Source of the DNA: Octopus vulgaris
Lineage: Eukaryota
Reading direction: 5' to 3'
Assembly: GCA_951406725.2 (NCBI GenBank)
Contig: OX597820.1
Span: 117,366,001 to 117,430,000, forward strand
Length of the DNA: 64,000 bases
Within the stretch, counting starts at the first letter, position 1. Every line of letters starts with the position of its first letter. The notes below the pieces were generated by a model. It saw only the letters and a list, made by a program, of their open reading frames with translations, was not told the origin of the DNA and did no database searches. Made by a program: the position numbers and the translations under genes. Shown one piece after another: positions 1 to 13,178 of the stretch.

Positions 1-58
1 AAACCTGGAACCATGTGGTTGGTTAGCAAGCTACTTACCACACAGCCACTCCTGCGCC

Positions 59-119
<61 letters not shown>

Positions 120-427
120 CCGTAATCACAGTAACCGACCAGGCAATCAGATGTTGTTACACATCGCTGGTCACAATGCGCTTCACATTGTTTTAGCCTT
201 CAAATGACACCACCCCACTGGCTAAGCGAGCAGGCCAACATAAGAAAGAGTGAGAGAAAGTTTTGACGAAAGAGTACAGAAAGGATCGCCACCACCCCCT
301 GCCGGAGCCTCGTGGAGCTTTAGGTGTTTTCGCTCAATAAACACTCACAATGCCTGGTCTGGGAATCGAAACCACGATCCTACAGCCGCAAGTCCACTGC
401 CCTAACCACTGGACCATTGCGCCTCCA
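120..427 (-). mobile_element. tRNA-derived SINE, family B (alternative 3' body)
   Basis: Minus strand starts GGAGGCGCAATGGTCCAGTGGTTAGGGCAG (A box)...GGTTTCGATTCCC (B box); same head as 52738 and 53958; same variant at 38656-38928. Confidence 0.85.
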
Positions 428-564
428 CACACACATATATATATATATCGTTAAAGACACAAAACTGAGTATTAGTATTTTTCGATTGATAACTGATGAA
501 GAATTACGGTCCTTCTGTGTCTGCCCTACGGGTACGTTTTGTAGTATTTAATGCATTTTTCATT

Positions 565-608
<44 letters not shown>

Positions 609-651
609 TCATCATCATCGTTTAATGTCCGTTTTCCATGCTAGCATGGGT

Positions 652-720
<69 letters not shown>

Positions 721-821
721 TTTTAAACATACCTAATGTGCCTACTATGATAGGAATTGTTTCTGTTTTCAGACTCCACATTCAAGTTACCTCTATTTCC
801 AGATCTTATTATTATTATTAT

Positions 822-884
<63 letters not shown>

Positions 885-1554
885 TACGCAACAGGTTTCT
901 TTCAGTTTCCATCTACCAACTCCATTGAGAAAGGTTTGATCGGCCTGAGGCTATAGAAGACACTAGCCCAAGGTGCCAAGCAGTGGGACTGAGCCTGGAA
1001 CCATGTGGTTGGGAAGCAAGCTTCTTACCACACAGCCACACCTGCGCCCATGATAATAATGGTGTTGGAAGTTTTGAGTCCCATACAGAACTATAGCACA
1101 TCCGGAAGTAAGACCTCTAACGATAATTTGAGAGTAATTCAACAACACCTAACTTACCAATAAGCAGAAAAATAAAAAAAATCATCTTTTCCAGCTTATT
1201 TTAACATAAAAGTATGTTTGTTGCAAAAAAATTTAAATATTCATACAACTGTAGAGATTACCGAAATGTCAATAATTCTAGAAGAAGCAGTAAATATTAC
1301 AATTGCTTGCATGCAATAATGTTGTTTCAAACATAAAAGGAACCTTTGAGCCTTCGACGCTTTCAATTCTGTCCTCTGTTTCCCAGAAGAGTGTAACAGT
1401 ATTTGAAGTGTTAAGAATTATTACCAATAGGTATTATGGTGTTAAACCAACTGCAATGGAGTTGAGATGATGTAAGTATTATCACAATTTCGCCTGGTGT
1501 ATTAATGGATACTTCACACCAGGTTGCAGTAATAATGCTTTCTACTTTTGGTAT

Positions 1555-1950
1555 ACTCTCTTTTACTTGTTTCAGTCATTTGACTGCGGCCATGCTGGAG
1601 CACCGCCTTTAGTCGAGCAACTCGACCCCGGGACTTATTCTTTTTGTAAGACCAGTACTTATTCTATCGGTCTCTTTTGCCGAACCGCTAAGTAATGGGG
1701 ACAAACACACCAGCATCGGTTGTCAAGCAATGCTAGGGGGACAAACACACTCACACAAACACACACACGCATATATATATATATATATATATATACGACG
1801 GGCTTCTTTCAGTTTCCGTCTACCAAATCCACTCACGAGGCTTTGGTCGGCCCGAGAAGACACTTGCCCAAGGTGCCACACAGTGGGACTGAACCCGGAA
1901 CCATGTGGTTGGTTAGCAAGCTACTTACCACACAGCCACTCCTGTGCCTA
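1555..1950 (-). mobile_element. tRNA-derived SINE, family A (CORE-like middle, internal TA/TG microsatellite)
   Basis: GGC(G/A)CAGGAGTGGCTGTGTGGTAAG...GGGTTCAGTCCCA head, CCTTGGGCAAGTGTCTT segment, tail ...GACTGAAACAAGTAAAAGAG; about 20 full or partial copies in the window (partial at 1-60, 885-1050, 4630-5120, 8430-8585, 21525-21690, 36510-36680). Confidence 0.9.
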
Positions 1951-2134
1951 TGAGGCCTGAAATTTTGTGGGGAGGGGCTTCAGTCGATTACATCGATCCC
2001 AGTGCTTCACTAATACTTATTTTACTGACCTTGGAAGGATGAAAGGCATTCAAACACCAAACATTAAGCTGGAAGAAATGCTGCTAAGCAATTCTTTGTC
2101 CAGTATGTTAACAATTCTGCCACCTTGCCTACAC

Positions 2135-2559
2135 ACAGAGAAATTAAGGCCAACAGGCCAGATATAGTTGTCAGAGATCATGAAGAAAAAAAAATGTTTC
2201 CTAATTGATGTATCAATACCAGCAGATGACAACGTGTCTCTAAAAGAAATGGAGAAACTTTCAAAATACAAAGACCTGGAAATAGAGGTAACTCGAATGT
2301 GGAATCTAAAAACAGAAACAATCCCTATCATAGTAGGTGCATTAGGTGCGATAAAAAAACATTCAGACAAATACATAACAAAAACACCAGGACTTACAAA
2401 CACATATAACATATAGAAAATTGCACTACTGGGCACTGCCCACATCCTACGCAAAACACTTTCGATACAGTAGCCATAAGAGCATCACAACACATACCCA
2501 AGGCACACAGAGCTGCGCTCAGTAATGAAGTGAAAGCATGCTATAAAAAATATACTACA

Positions 2560-2606
<47 letters not shown>

Positions 2607-3813
2607 TGTGGCATTTTAAAACAAGAACTGTTCCTGTTATTGTAGGTGTCCTAGGTATGATAAAAAAAGGAATGTTATAAACATCTAGATAAGATCCCAG
2701 GAGAACCATGTCTCAGAGAAATCCAAAAGATTGTGCTTACAAGTACTGCACACATCCTTAGAAAATTTCTATCCATTTAAATGTCTATGTTGTATTACAT
2801 AAAGATATTTCACTACTGCCCCTGTCATTTGCCTTCCTCAAGCTTTCAGTCAAACTGTAACATCTCTTAGCCTTCACTCGCCCCAGGACACTGGGTGTAT
2901 CTCGGTGACTGATTGTAACAAACATGCAGATTAAAAGTAAATAATAATAATAATAATAATGCTGTGGGACTAACAGAGCAATAGAAGCTAGAAGGCCTGA
3001 ATTAGTAGTAGTAGTTGTAGTAGTAGTAGATAAAGAGAATAGAAAGTGCCAGATAATTCACTTTACAGTCCCAAATGATGAAAAAAATCAATATGAATGG
3101 TATAGAAAAATATAGCAAAGTACCAGGACCCAGCTATTGAATTACAGAGACTATGGAAAGTGCAGGTAAAATGTATCCCAGTAGTTATAGGTGCATTGGG
3201 ATAGAGGAAATAGGCATAAAACCCAGTTTAGTACACCTTCAGAAAACAGTGTTATTAGGGACAGCTAGGATACTGAGGAGGGTTCTCGGCATTTAAGGTT
3301 ACTTGTTGTAGCCCGACATTAGGATTTTTTCTTTTCCAACAGCTACGAAAAGATGAAATTAGTAAAAGTACAGACTATTAAAAGACGAAATTGCAAGAAT
3401 GTGGACTATGAGGAGAGAGTCTGTCATTCCAGCAGTTGTAGAGACACTCAGAGCAGTAACAACCAAGTTCGAAGAATATGTCAGAGAAATCGGAATTGAC
3501 ATGAGAGTAGAGCAAACCCCCAAAACTGCTCTGCTGGGGACAACTAAGATTTTGAGATTGGTACTTCGATGTTGAATGACTTTTACGATAATTAACAACC
3601 AAGTATCAAAGCTTATAATGTGCGGAAAGAGAGTCTGTGAGACCTCTGGCAGCAGGCTGCTGTCCACTCTCACGGAATCTACCAGAACAAACAAGACTGA
3701 ATGTTCTGAGAACTAAAACTATGATGAGGATGATGATAATAATAATAACAATAATAATAATAATAATGATAATAATAATAATAATAATAATGATAATAAT
3801 AATAATAATAATG

Positions 3814-3854
<41 letters not shown>

Positions 3855-4172
3855 CCATTGATCATGTGGTCTCCAAGTGCAGTCTTCTAGCGCCTACAGA
3901 GTATCTCAACAGGCACGATAGAGCTGCACAATATATTCACTGGGTAATCTGCAAAAACCTGGATTTGCCCCATGAAAAAAACTGGTGGGAACACAAACCA
4001 CCCCCAGTGCTTGAAAATGACCACATCTCACTCCTCTGGAACTTCACCATTCAAACTGACAGAAAGATAGATGCAAATAGGCCAGACATCATATTGAAAG
4101 ACTTCAAACAAAGAACATGCCTCCTCATTGATATGACTGTCCCAATCGATATAAACGTATCTGTCGAGACCT
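2135..4172 (+). mobile_element. Stack of five truncated R4/Dong-like non-LTR retrotransposon fragments, mostly separated by (AAT)n
   Basis: Restriction-like endonuclease translations: RPDI...CFLIDVSIPADDNVSLKEMEKLSKYKDLEIEVTRMW...IPIIVGALG (2135-2470); ...VPVIVGVLG...EIQKIVLTSTAHILRK (2606-2780); RAIEARRPE...LQRLWKV...IPVVIGALG (2960-3295); LLKDEIARMW...KTALLGTTKILR (3345-3576); HVVSKC...RHD...LLWNFTIQTDRKIDANRPDIIL (3853-4172). Confidence 0.85.
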
Positions 4173-5329
4173 GAAAAATTTCCCTTTCTACTATAGGCAT
4201 AAGGCCTGAAATGTTAAGGGAGAGGACTGCTTGATTACATCAACCCCAGTGCTCAACTGGTACCTATTTCATCGACCCTGAAAGGATAAAAGGCAAAGTC
4301 TACCTCAGTGGGATTTGAACACAGAAGATAAAAAGGGCCAAATAGTTCCACAAAGGGTTCTACTAGTTCACTGCTTTGATAGACTTATGAATACTAAAAG
4401 TGCTCGATAAGGCACAGTAAATATTGCATTTGATTTCGAAATGCAAACAATTAATTCATACTCGTCTGCTGAATAATCAAGTAAAACACGTTATCTGTGT
4501 TAATTAATAATTTATATGGACATTAAAATGATGACGGAGACACTAGTAAATGCATATGGATTATGCGCCAACTCTTGCGTAAATCAGAGCTTTATAGATT
4601 GGGGGGGGGATGGGTTATTTTTATATTCCCTTAGTTGTTTCAGTTGTTTGACTGTGGTCATGCTGGAGCACTGCCTTTAGTCAAGCAAATCGACACCAGT
4701 ACTTGTTCTATCAGTCTCTTTTGCCGAACTGCTAAGTTACGGGTATGTAACTACACCAGCATCGGTTGTCAAGCGATGGTAGGAGGACAAACACAGACAC
4801 ACACACATATATATATATATACGATATATACTCCATCTACCAAATCCACTCACAAGGCTTTGGTTGGCCCAAGGCTATAGTAGAAGACACTTGCCCAAGG
4901 TACCATGCAGTGGGACTGAACCCGGAACCCTGTGGTTGGTAAGCAATCTACTTATCACACAATGGTCTTCTTTCAGTTTCCATCTACCAAATCCACTCAC
5001 AAGGCTTTGGTTGGCCCGAGGCTATAGTAGAAGACACTTGCCCAAGGTACCACGCAGTGGGACTGAACCCAGAACCACGCGGTTGGTAAGCAAGCTACTT
5101 ACCAAACAGCCACTCCTGTGACTGTTGTCTAATGCTTTGAAGAAAACAAAAACTGAAGACAAGTTTCCATTTTCTAATTGTTCTGACTGAATTGTCAGCA
5201 AACTGCTTGGTGGCCTTTCATTCGACTTTGCATTTCCGACTAACACCCCCCTCCCCAAATCGCTGGCCTTGTGCCAAAATTTAAAAACATTATCATTATT
5301 ATTAATAATGATGATGATGATGATTTTGC

Positions 5330-5746
5330 TTGTCAGTTGTTTGACCTTAACCAGTTGAGCATGTCCCTTTGAGGCTGACGATATGTGCATCTCTGACCAT
5401 GAGCAGAAGTAGTGGGGGAGCATCATAGCCATGTGTTGAGAGGGATTCTTTGGGGTTTGAATAATTCACCTCTGGAAACATGGGGGTTTCTTTTCAACAT
5501 CCTTAAACAACCCTTATTCAGGGACCTTTTGTGTGGGATGGGTTACTTGACCAGAAGAAAATTCTAACTTCATTCCTGCAAGGTCATGTGCTGTTTATTT
5601 TGATATGAGATCACCATGTCACGCACATATGGTTGTGATGCATGTGCCTGGTGTACCCTTATCAGATGGGTAGTCATGATGGGTATACTGGGCTTCGCAT
5701 ATTTTACCCCAGTGTCACTTTGATGGCATGCACTGCTCTCTCGCTC

Positions 5747-5806
<60 letters not shown>
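5330..5806 (+). mobile_element. Unclassified SINE-like repeat (family D) with (AAT)n tail
   Basis: 3' portion (GAAGAAAATTCTAACT...GTGTACCCTTATCAGATGGGTAGTCATGATGGGTATAC...CTCTC-AATAAT) recurs at 16215-16468. Confidence 0.7.
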
Positions 5807-5808
<2 letters not shown>

Positions 5809-6076
5809 TTCAAGACTTCTTAAGGCAACTGGAAACCCCAAGCAAGATTGATCTCTTGCAAAAAGTGAACATCTTAAGGAAAGTATTATCTGTCTGAGGT
5901 CCTTGTTGTGATTTGACAGATGACTAAAGACTCTGGTGCATTTTTACCTATACTGTGTTACGAAGGAATAATAATAATCTAATAGAAATTACTGTAAATT
6001 TACTTTTCTTTGATTCACAATCAAAATAAATGACTTGTCAAAACTGTCAAACTGATTTTGCTGCTGTCCAAGAACG

Positions 6077-7620
6077 TCATCATTCATTATCATCACCATT
6101 TAATGTCTGCTTTCCATGCTGGCATGGGTTGGATGGCTTGCCTGGAACTGGTAAGCTGGAGAGCTGCACCTGGCTCCAGTCTGAATTTGGTTTGGTTTCT
6201 ATGGCTGGATGCCCTTCCTAACACCAACCACCCCGAGAGTGTAGTGGGTGCCTTTTATGTGTCACTGGCACAGGCCACAACTACGATTTCACTTGGTTTG
6301 ACGAGTCTTCTCAAGCACAGCAAATTGCCAAAGGTCATGGTCACTTGTCATTGCCCTCCGTAAGACCCCACAATCGAAGATCATACTTCAACACCTTGTC
6401 CTATATCTTCCTGGGTCTACTTCTTCCACAAATTCCCTCCACAGTTAAAGATCGGCACTTCTTTATGCAGCTTCCCTCACTCATACGCATCACATGACCA
6501 TACCAGCACAATCATCTCTCTTGCATACCTCATCTGATACCTCTTATGCCCAATTTTTCTCTCAAGATGTTAACACGCAGCCATAAATGCACACTGACAT
6601 TGCACATCCAGCAGAGCCTACTAGCTTAGTTTCTTTCAAGCCTTTGCAAGTCCTCTGCAGTCTCAGCCCATGTTTCACTGCCATGTAGCATGGCTGTTCG
6701 TACACAGGCATCATACAATCTGCCTTTCACTCTGAGGGACAGGCCCTTTGTTACCAACAAAGGTAGGAGCTCTCTGAACTTTGCCCAACCTTTTCTTATT
6801 CTAGTAGCTATGTTCTCCGACCCCATCCCCACTGCTGACTTGGTCACCTAGGTAACGAAAGTACCCCCCCCCCAACCAACATTTGATGAGTCTATTTTCT
6901 TTACATTTCTAGTGTTTATTTTACCTGTGCATCTTCTACACACAAAGACTATTTTCCCTGTTAACCTTCCTCTGTATGGAGCTTCTACCTATGCCTGCTC
7001 TACAGATCAAGTAGGGCCATCTACATGAAGGGATTTGTAACTTGTCAGCTTTCCTACTAGCTAAGATGTCAGTTTTTGCTAAATTAACTCTGAGGCCCTT
7101 TGATTCCAGACCTTGCTTCCCCTCCTGAAATTTTTTCTCCAGATCTGGTAGTGATTCAGCTATAAGAACAAGGTCATCAGCATAGAGGAACTCCCAGGGC
7201 CAGCTTGACTGAAATTTCCCTGTTATTACCTGGAGGATTATGATGAACAAGAAGGGGCTGAGAACTGATCCCTGGTGAACTCCTACTTGCACTCTGAATT
7301 CATTGCTATACTCATTGCCATCCCTCGCCTTACTGACAGAATCCCTATACATGGCTTGTAGGGCTCTCACCAGCCACTCCTCTATTCCTAGTTTCCACAA
7401 TGACCACCAGATAAGGGATCGGGGGATCCTGTTGAAGGTGTTCTCTGTGTCAACAAAAGCTAAGTACAGAGGTTTATTTTGGTTGAGCACTTCTCCTGCA
7501 GCTGTCTTACCAGGAATATAGCATCAGAAGTGCTTCTCCTTGGCACAAAACCAAACTGCATCTCATCTCACCTAACTCTCTTCCTAATCAGTTGGGCTAT
7601 GACCCTCTCACTAACCTTCT
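6077..7620 (-). mobile_element. 5'-truncated, frameshifted RTE-clade LINE (reverse transcriptase to 3' tail)
   Basis: ORF 6936-7490: LYLAFVD...GVHQGSVLSPFLF...LYADDLVL (RT motifs); ORF 6626-6847: RIRKGWAKFRELLPLL...LHGSETW (RTE C-terminal region); then a 3' UTR with GTTAGGAAGGGCATCCAGC and a (GAT)n-like tail. Confidence 0.92.
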
Positions 7621-8699
7621 AAAGAGCATTTACTAACAGACATGTCATAACAGTTGTCCTTGCATCAAAACTCCCATCTTTCATATTGCATTCGCTGCCC
7701 CCACTGGGTGTGGGTGTTCTACAACATTAGTACAAGTGATGTTAGTACAAATGCAACTAATCAAATTAAATAAATTAAGCAAATAAGAGCAGTTAATTCG
7801 TTATATATAAGTTGACAACCTAATTAACTAAGCATTAAACTAAGTACTGTATGGCTATATGTACAGTTTTGTTTTCTTTGGGGGCGAGGCAAGAAGCTAC
7901 GGCATTTGTGTTGCAGCAGTGTGGGTGACACTAATGGGGGTGGGATAGAGGAAGGGTTGCCGTGAGAGGTTTCCGGTATAGGTGGTGGGGTGGGAAAAGG
8001 GTAGACACATTGCAGATAAGCAAACAGTGAAGAAATCATAATGATTTGTAAAACTGGCATAAGGCCACATATTTTAAAGGGAGGGTTATCGTTAGTCAAA
8101 TAAGTTCCAGTAGATATTTAGCAGTTATTAGTAGATGGTGATGAGTGGAGCAATACTATCCTTTTCTACTCTAGGCACAAGGTCTGAGATTTTCGGGGAG
8201 GGGGCCCAGTCAATTAGATCAACCCCAGTACACAACTGGTACTTAATTTATCGATCCTGAAAGAATAACAGGCAAAGTCGACCTTGGCGGAATTTGAACT
8301 CAGAACGTAAAGACAGATGAAATACCACTAAGCATTTTGCCTGGTGTGCCAGCTCACCCACCTTGGTGGAGTAATATTATTTATTCAAAACTGAGTTTGT
8401 GTAACTCCCTACTTGGAATTTCTCATGCCTTCCATCAGTTTTCATCAACCAAATCCACTCAGAAGGCTTTTGGTCAGCCCAAGGCTATAGTAGAAAACAC
8501 TTGCCCAAGGTTCCACGCAGTGGGACGGAACCCAGAACTCTGTGGTTGGGAAGCAAACTTCTTACCACACAGCCATGCCTGCACTTCAAGAGACTAATTT
8601 ACATATTTTATGCATTCCTAGCAATTAGTTTGATTACTAAATTAATGATGTGTTATTAGTCATTTATGCAATATTATACTGCAGAATGTAATTTTTATT

Positions 8700-9225
8700 T
8701 AACTTGTTTCAGTCACTGAACAGTGGCCATGGTGGAGCACCGCCTTGATGGGATTTACTCAAACAAACTGACCCCAGTATTTAGCCAATCAATCTCTGGT
8801 CTTTTGCTAAACTAGGAAGTGGCAGAGACATAAAGAAACCAATTGGTTGCAGTGGGACAATGATACACACATACACATATATAGCAGGCTTCCGCACAGT
8901 TTCCATCTACCAAATGCACTCACAAGTCTGAGGCTACAGTAGAAAATGCTTCCCAAGGAATTGTGCAGTGGGACTGAACCCGGAACCATGTGATTGGGAA
9001 GGAAGCTTCTTAGCCACACAACCATGCCTGTGCCTGTAGATGTATTTAGCAAAGAATGTGTATGGCACAGGCGTGAGTGTGTGGTTAAGAAGCTGGCTTC
9101 CCAACCACATGGTTCTTGGTGCAGTTCCACCGCATGGCACCATGAGCAAGTGTCTTCTACTACAGCCCCAGGCTGACCAGACCTTTGCAAGTGTATTTAG
9201 TAGATGGAAACTGAAAGAAGCCCAT
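8700..9225. mobile_element. Two family A SINE copies head-to-head (8700-9035 minus; 9065-9225 plus)
   Basis: Both carry the family A head and point away from a ~30 bp spacer. Confidence 0.75.
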
Positions 9226-9295
9226 CATATAACCTCATCACCCCTTAATGTTTGTTTTCTATGCTGGCATGGTGTGTATATATATATATACACAC

Positions 9296-9867
9296 AACCC
9301 CTCGGTACCAAGTTAATTCGTTCGTTACTCTGTTCATTTCTTCAAACCCCGATTGCTTAAGTCTTTATCACTACTGCCCCCAATCAAAATCTTCGCAGCC
9401 CGCCATTCGCTAACCTGCGTGATCTTTCCTCCTCAAAATTCTTTAATTTTTAAAAATGCCTCGGTATGAAGATATTTCGTTCGTCCTCCGCCATTACTGT
9501 CCTGTCTTCAATCAAAACTTCCGTCTTTCCAACCCACTTCCGGTGAACCTATATAAATAATCACCTCGTGCGCTTCTCTTTCATTCACCCTTTCTTGACC
9601 ACACAGCGATGATCATAGCAAGCAAGCTAAGAATTCTCATTTCATTTCTTCCGACTCTTGTACTACACACATACATTTGCCGCTAACCCTTAAATGTTCG
9701 AATCTATTCACTAATTCTGCTTGTTCTTAAAATATAACCCTTTAATTTGTTTAACCCCTCGGTACCAAGTTAATTCGTTCGTTACTCTGTTCATTTCTTC
9801 AAACCCCGATTGCTTAAGTCTTTATCACTACTGCCCCCAATCAAAATCTTCGCAGCCCGCCATTCGC
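9296..9867 (+). repeat. Identical 115 bp direct repeat (9296-9410, 9753-9867) flanking a promoter-like segment
   Basis: AACCCCTCGGTACC...GCCCGCCATTCGC occurs twice, offset 457 bp, no mismatch seen. Confidence 0.9.
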
Positions 9868-10349
9868 GGTTCGCACGCCCTCCCACCCCCACCACCCCCA
9901 AACCGGAGAACACTCTGTTTACACCATCCCCTCTACCACCGCCACCACTACGTGTGTCTGTTCCTCCTACCCCTCCTCCTCAATATACTTTCTCACTATG
10001 TATTTACCCCTGCCTCTCTCCCCCTGGACAGAAGCAGCTAGCGCCGCAGCTCATCAAACGTCCCACTTAACCTGTTATCTTATGTTCCTCCTGTTTTGAA
10101 ATGTGTCACTGCCTCAACCGGCTATCTCCTTCCAGCCCCCTCCCCCACTCGTGATATCCTACGTTTTACTTCCTACTTTTCATTCTGTCTAGAACCTGCC
10201 ACCAACCCTACCTGTCATCGTTTCTCTTTACCCCAAACCTTCCCCACTGGTGCTCCCCTATATTACATGCACCCCCCACTCTCTCTCCCTCTCTTCTCTC
10301 TGCCGGAACCCCCCTGCCGCAATGCAACGAAAAAAGGCAATAAACGATC

Positions 10350-10576
10350 GTGGCCGATGCCAGACCCCTCTGGCACCTGTGCAGGTGGCACGTAAAAAGC
10401 ACCCACTACACTCGCGGAGTGGTTGGCGTTAGGAAGGGCATCCAGCTGTAGAAACACTGCCAGATCAGACTGGAGCCTGGGGCAGCCCCTGGCTCCCCAG
10501 ACCCCGGTCAAACCGTCCAACCCATGCTAGCGTGGAAAACGGACGTTAAACGATGATGATGATGATGATGATGATG
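10350..10576 (+). mobile_element. RTE 3'-tail copy (short truncated LINE or partner SINE)
   Basis: GGTGGCACGTAAAAAGCACCCACTACAC...GGACGTTAAAC(GAT)n matches the 3' end of the LINE at 6077-7620. Other copies: 13240-13580(+), 18362-18622(+), 19734-20030(-), 20495-20745(-), 22760-22950(+), 33168-33330(-), 35140-35345(+). Confidence 0.85.
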
Positions 10577-10921
10577 ACACACATCCCCCATAACTTAGCA
10601 GTTCGGCAAAAGAGAGCAACAGAGTAAGTAGCAGATTTTCTAAAAGTAAAAGTACTGGGTTCCATTCATTCAACTAAGAATTCTTCAAGGCAGTGCTCCA
10701 GCATGGCCTCAGTCTAATGGCTGAAACAAGTAAAAGATAGACATATGTGAATGTCTTATCTGTCTATACTAGAGGTTTCCAAACTTCTCCCCACTCCCCA
10801 TGGCCACATAATACCCTCAGTGCCCCCACCCCTATTTTTATGTATAAATAAATCAATATTTTATTTCATTTTTGGGGTTTGGTTTGCAAGATTCTTTATG
10901 TGAGTTGGCGTGTTGAAGCAT

Positions 10922-11402
10922 ATTCTGTTGTGTCTGGGGAGAGTCATTCTTTTTCGGTGCCTTATAATTTAATGCACTCACCACTAAAATTTCAACTCTT
11001 TTACTTATTTATTTTTTCTAAAATTTTCCTTGCATCTCGCAATACTATTGAAAAGATTGCAAGATGCAATGAAATTTTAGAAAAATAAAAAAAGAAATAA
11101 GTGGAAATTTTACCGGTGAGTGTGTTAACCCTTTCGTTACTGTATTTATTTTGAGATGCTCTGTGTTTCTTTCAATTACTTTAAACATAACAAAGAATTA
11201 AGTAAAATAACTTAGTTATCATTCAGCTGGAGTTTGGAGCATAAATTGTGACTAAGATTTGGTGGAAGATTTTAATTCAAAACTTATGAAAACAAGACAT
11301 TTGTATAACAGAGCTAGGGCCAGTTTCAGTTAGGTTGGTAACGAAAGGGTTAAATTATAAGGCACCAAAAGAGAATGACTCTCCCCAGACACAACAGAAT
11401 AT
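10922..11402. mobile_element. Palindromic (foldback) MITE
   Basis: ATTCTGTTGTGTCTGGGGAGAGTCATTCT...GGTGCCTTATAATTTAA is mirrored by TTAAATTATAAGGCACC...AGAATGACTCTCCCCAGACACAACAGAAT; inner arms also complementary around about 11045. Confidence 0.8.
11129..11349. mobile_element. TTAA-inserting (piggyBac-type) MITE
   Basis: TTAA|CCCTTTCGTTAC...GTAACGAAAGGG|TTAA: perfect 12 bp TIR and TTAA TSD. Confidence 0.88.
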
Positions 11403-11914
11403 TTTATATTTTACTAATTTATATATATGTACTATGAATTATTTGCTATTTAATATAATATTGTATAATTTGTATACAATACTATAATAATATTATAATA
11501 AATTCATAGCGTCTCCCAATCCACTACCTTCCTCCCAATGCCTCATTTTTCTCTATTGCCCCCTGAGGCACCAGCACCCATCTGGACCATCTCAACACCC
11601 CCAGGGGTGGAGGGTGGGGTGAGTTGTAGTGTCCACTTTGAGAACCTATGATCTGTACAATGCTTCTGTGATATAGAATACATCCAGACAAAAAAAAAAG
11701 AAAGGCAGGGGAAAGGATCAGCTAAACTAGTTTTAATCCAGTGGATTAAGATTTCCTCAGTAATTGCTTATCCTTTCCCAGTGTCCACAATGGTTCTACT
11801 TATAAAAGCCACTATGAATAACTGAGGACCACATAAGGCCAGAGACCAAGTGGCCTGTCAACTTCAAAACAGCCAACCAACAGCCGACTCCTCTCTATTA
11901 ATATTAATATAGTT

Positions 11915-11919
11915 TATTA

Positions 11920-11989
<70 letters not shown>

Positions 11990-12129
11990 CATTATCATTA
12001 TTAATCATTATTATCATTATTATTATTATTATCATTATTATTATTATCATTATCATCATTATTATTATTATTATCATTATCATCATTATTATTATTATTA
12101 TTATCATTATCATCATTATCATCATCATC

Positions 12130-12173
<44 letters not shown>

Positions 12174-12410
12174 CATTATCATCATCATTATTATTATCAT
12201 TATTATCATTATCATCATTATCATTATCATTATTATTATCATTATTATTATTATTATCATTATTATTATTATCATTATTATTATTATTATCATTATTATC
12301 ATTATCATCATTATCATCATTATTATCATCATCATTATCATCATTATCATCATTATCATCATTATCATTATCATCATTATCATTATCATTATTATCATTA
12401 TTATTATTGT
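11915..12410. repeat. Compound (ATT)/(ATC) trinucleotide microsatellite
   Basis: About 500 bp of mixed ATT/ATC units; source of the poly-I/M and poly-N/D pseudo-ORFs. Confidence 0.95.
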
Positions 12411-13147
12411 TGTTACAGCTGAGTAGGTTTGTCTCTATAACTGACATTTCAAATGATAATGGTGGTGGTGGTGGTATATTAATGAAGATTATAATGATGG
12501 TGATGATGCTGGTGGCATTGGTATGCATGGTGATAATGTTGAAATCAATAGTGGTGGTAGGAGCATAGTAATAATGGTGGTGGTGGTAATGCTGAGGAGG
12601 AGGAGGCTGGTGATGGCGGCAATAATTATGATGATGATAATGGAGCCGGGGATCAATAATGATGATGATGATGAAGAATGGCTGGCATTTAAACCCATTT
12701 CCAATAAAACGCTATAAAAAAAAATACCCCACCAAAAACCAAAAAAAATCCCAAAACACACGTTCTCCATTCTACAGAACATAACAAACAGTTGTTTTGA
12801 CTAAGAAACATAAATGGCAGTGCTAGGCATTTATAGACATATTGTTGCTGTTGTTGTTGTTGTTGTTTAAATAAAAATCAATAAGTCATATATAAAAGAA
12901 GCAACCTGCTTCAGACAGAGTGAAAAGTATATTTTTAAGTATCAATTTTGGTCTTCTCAAGATGAAAAGGCACAGATTAGTCATTTGGTATGAAGAGGTG
13001 GAGACACACTTTTCTCATGTAGATTCTCTAAGCTTACAAGAAACAATAATAAAAGCATCATTAACGGTAACGATGACGATGATGGTAATAATTACAACTA
13101 ATAATAATAATAATAATGAGAATAATAAGAACAGTGATAATACAACT

Positions 13148-13178
<31 letters not shown>

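Larger units (their letters stand above)
10770..11650. mobile_element. Degenerate hAT (Charlie-like) non-autonomous element hosting two nested MITEs
   Basis: Ends TAGAGGTTTCCAAACT...CACTTTGAGAACCTATG resemble CAGTGGTTCTCAAA-type TIRs; flanking 8-mers GTCTATAC / ATCTGTAC (6/8 match). Confidence 0.55.

Noticed and set aside
491-530. CTGATGA as a possible hammerhead core (also at about 37545 and 42489)
   Set aside because: No stem II followed by GAAA; the latter two lie in Helitron bodies as CTGATGAAAC with no intervening helix.
11904-12528. Poly-Asn/Asp and poly-Ile/Met ORFs
   Set aside because: ATT/ATC microsatellite with no flanking coding signal.
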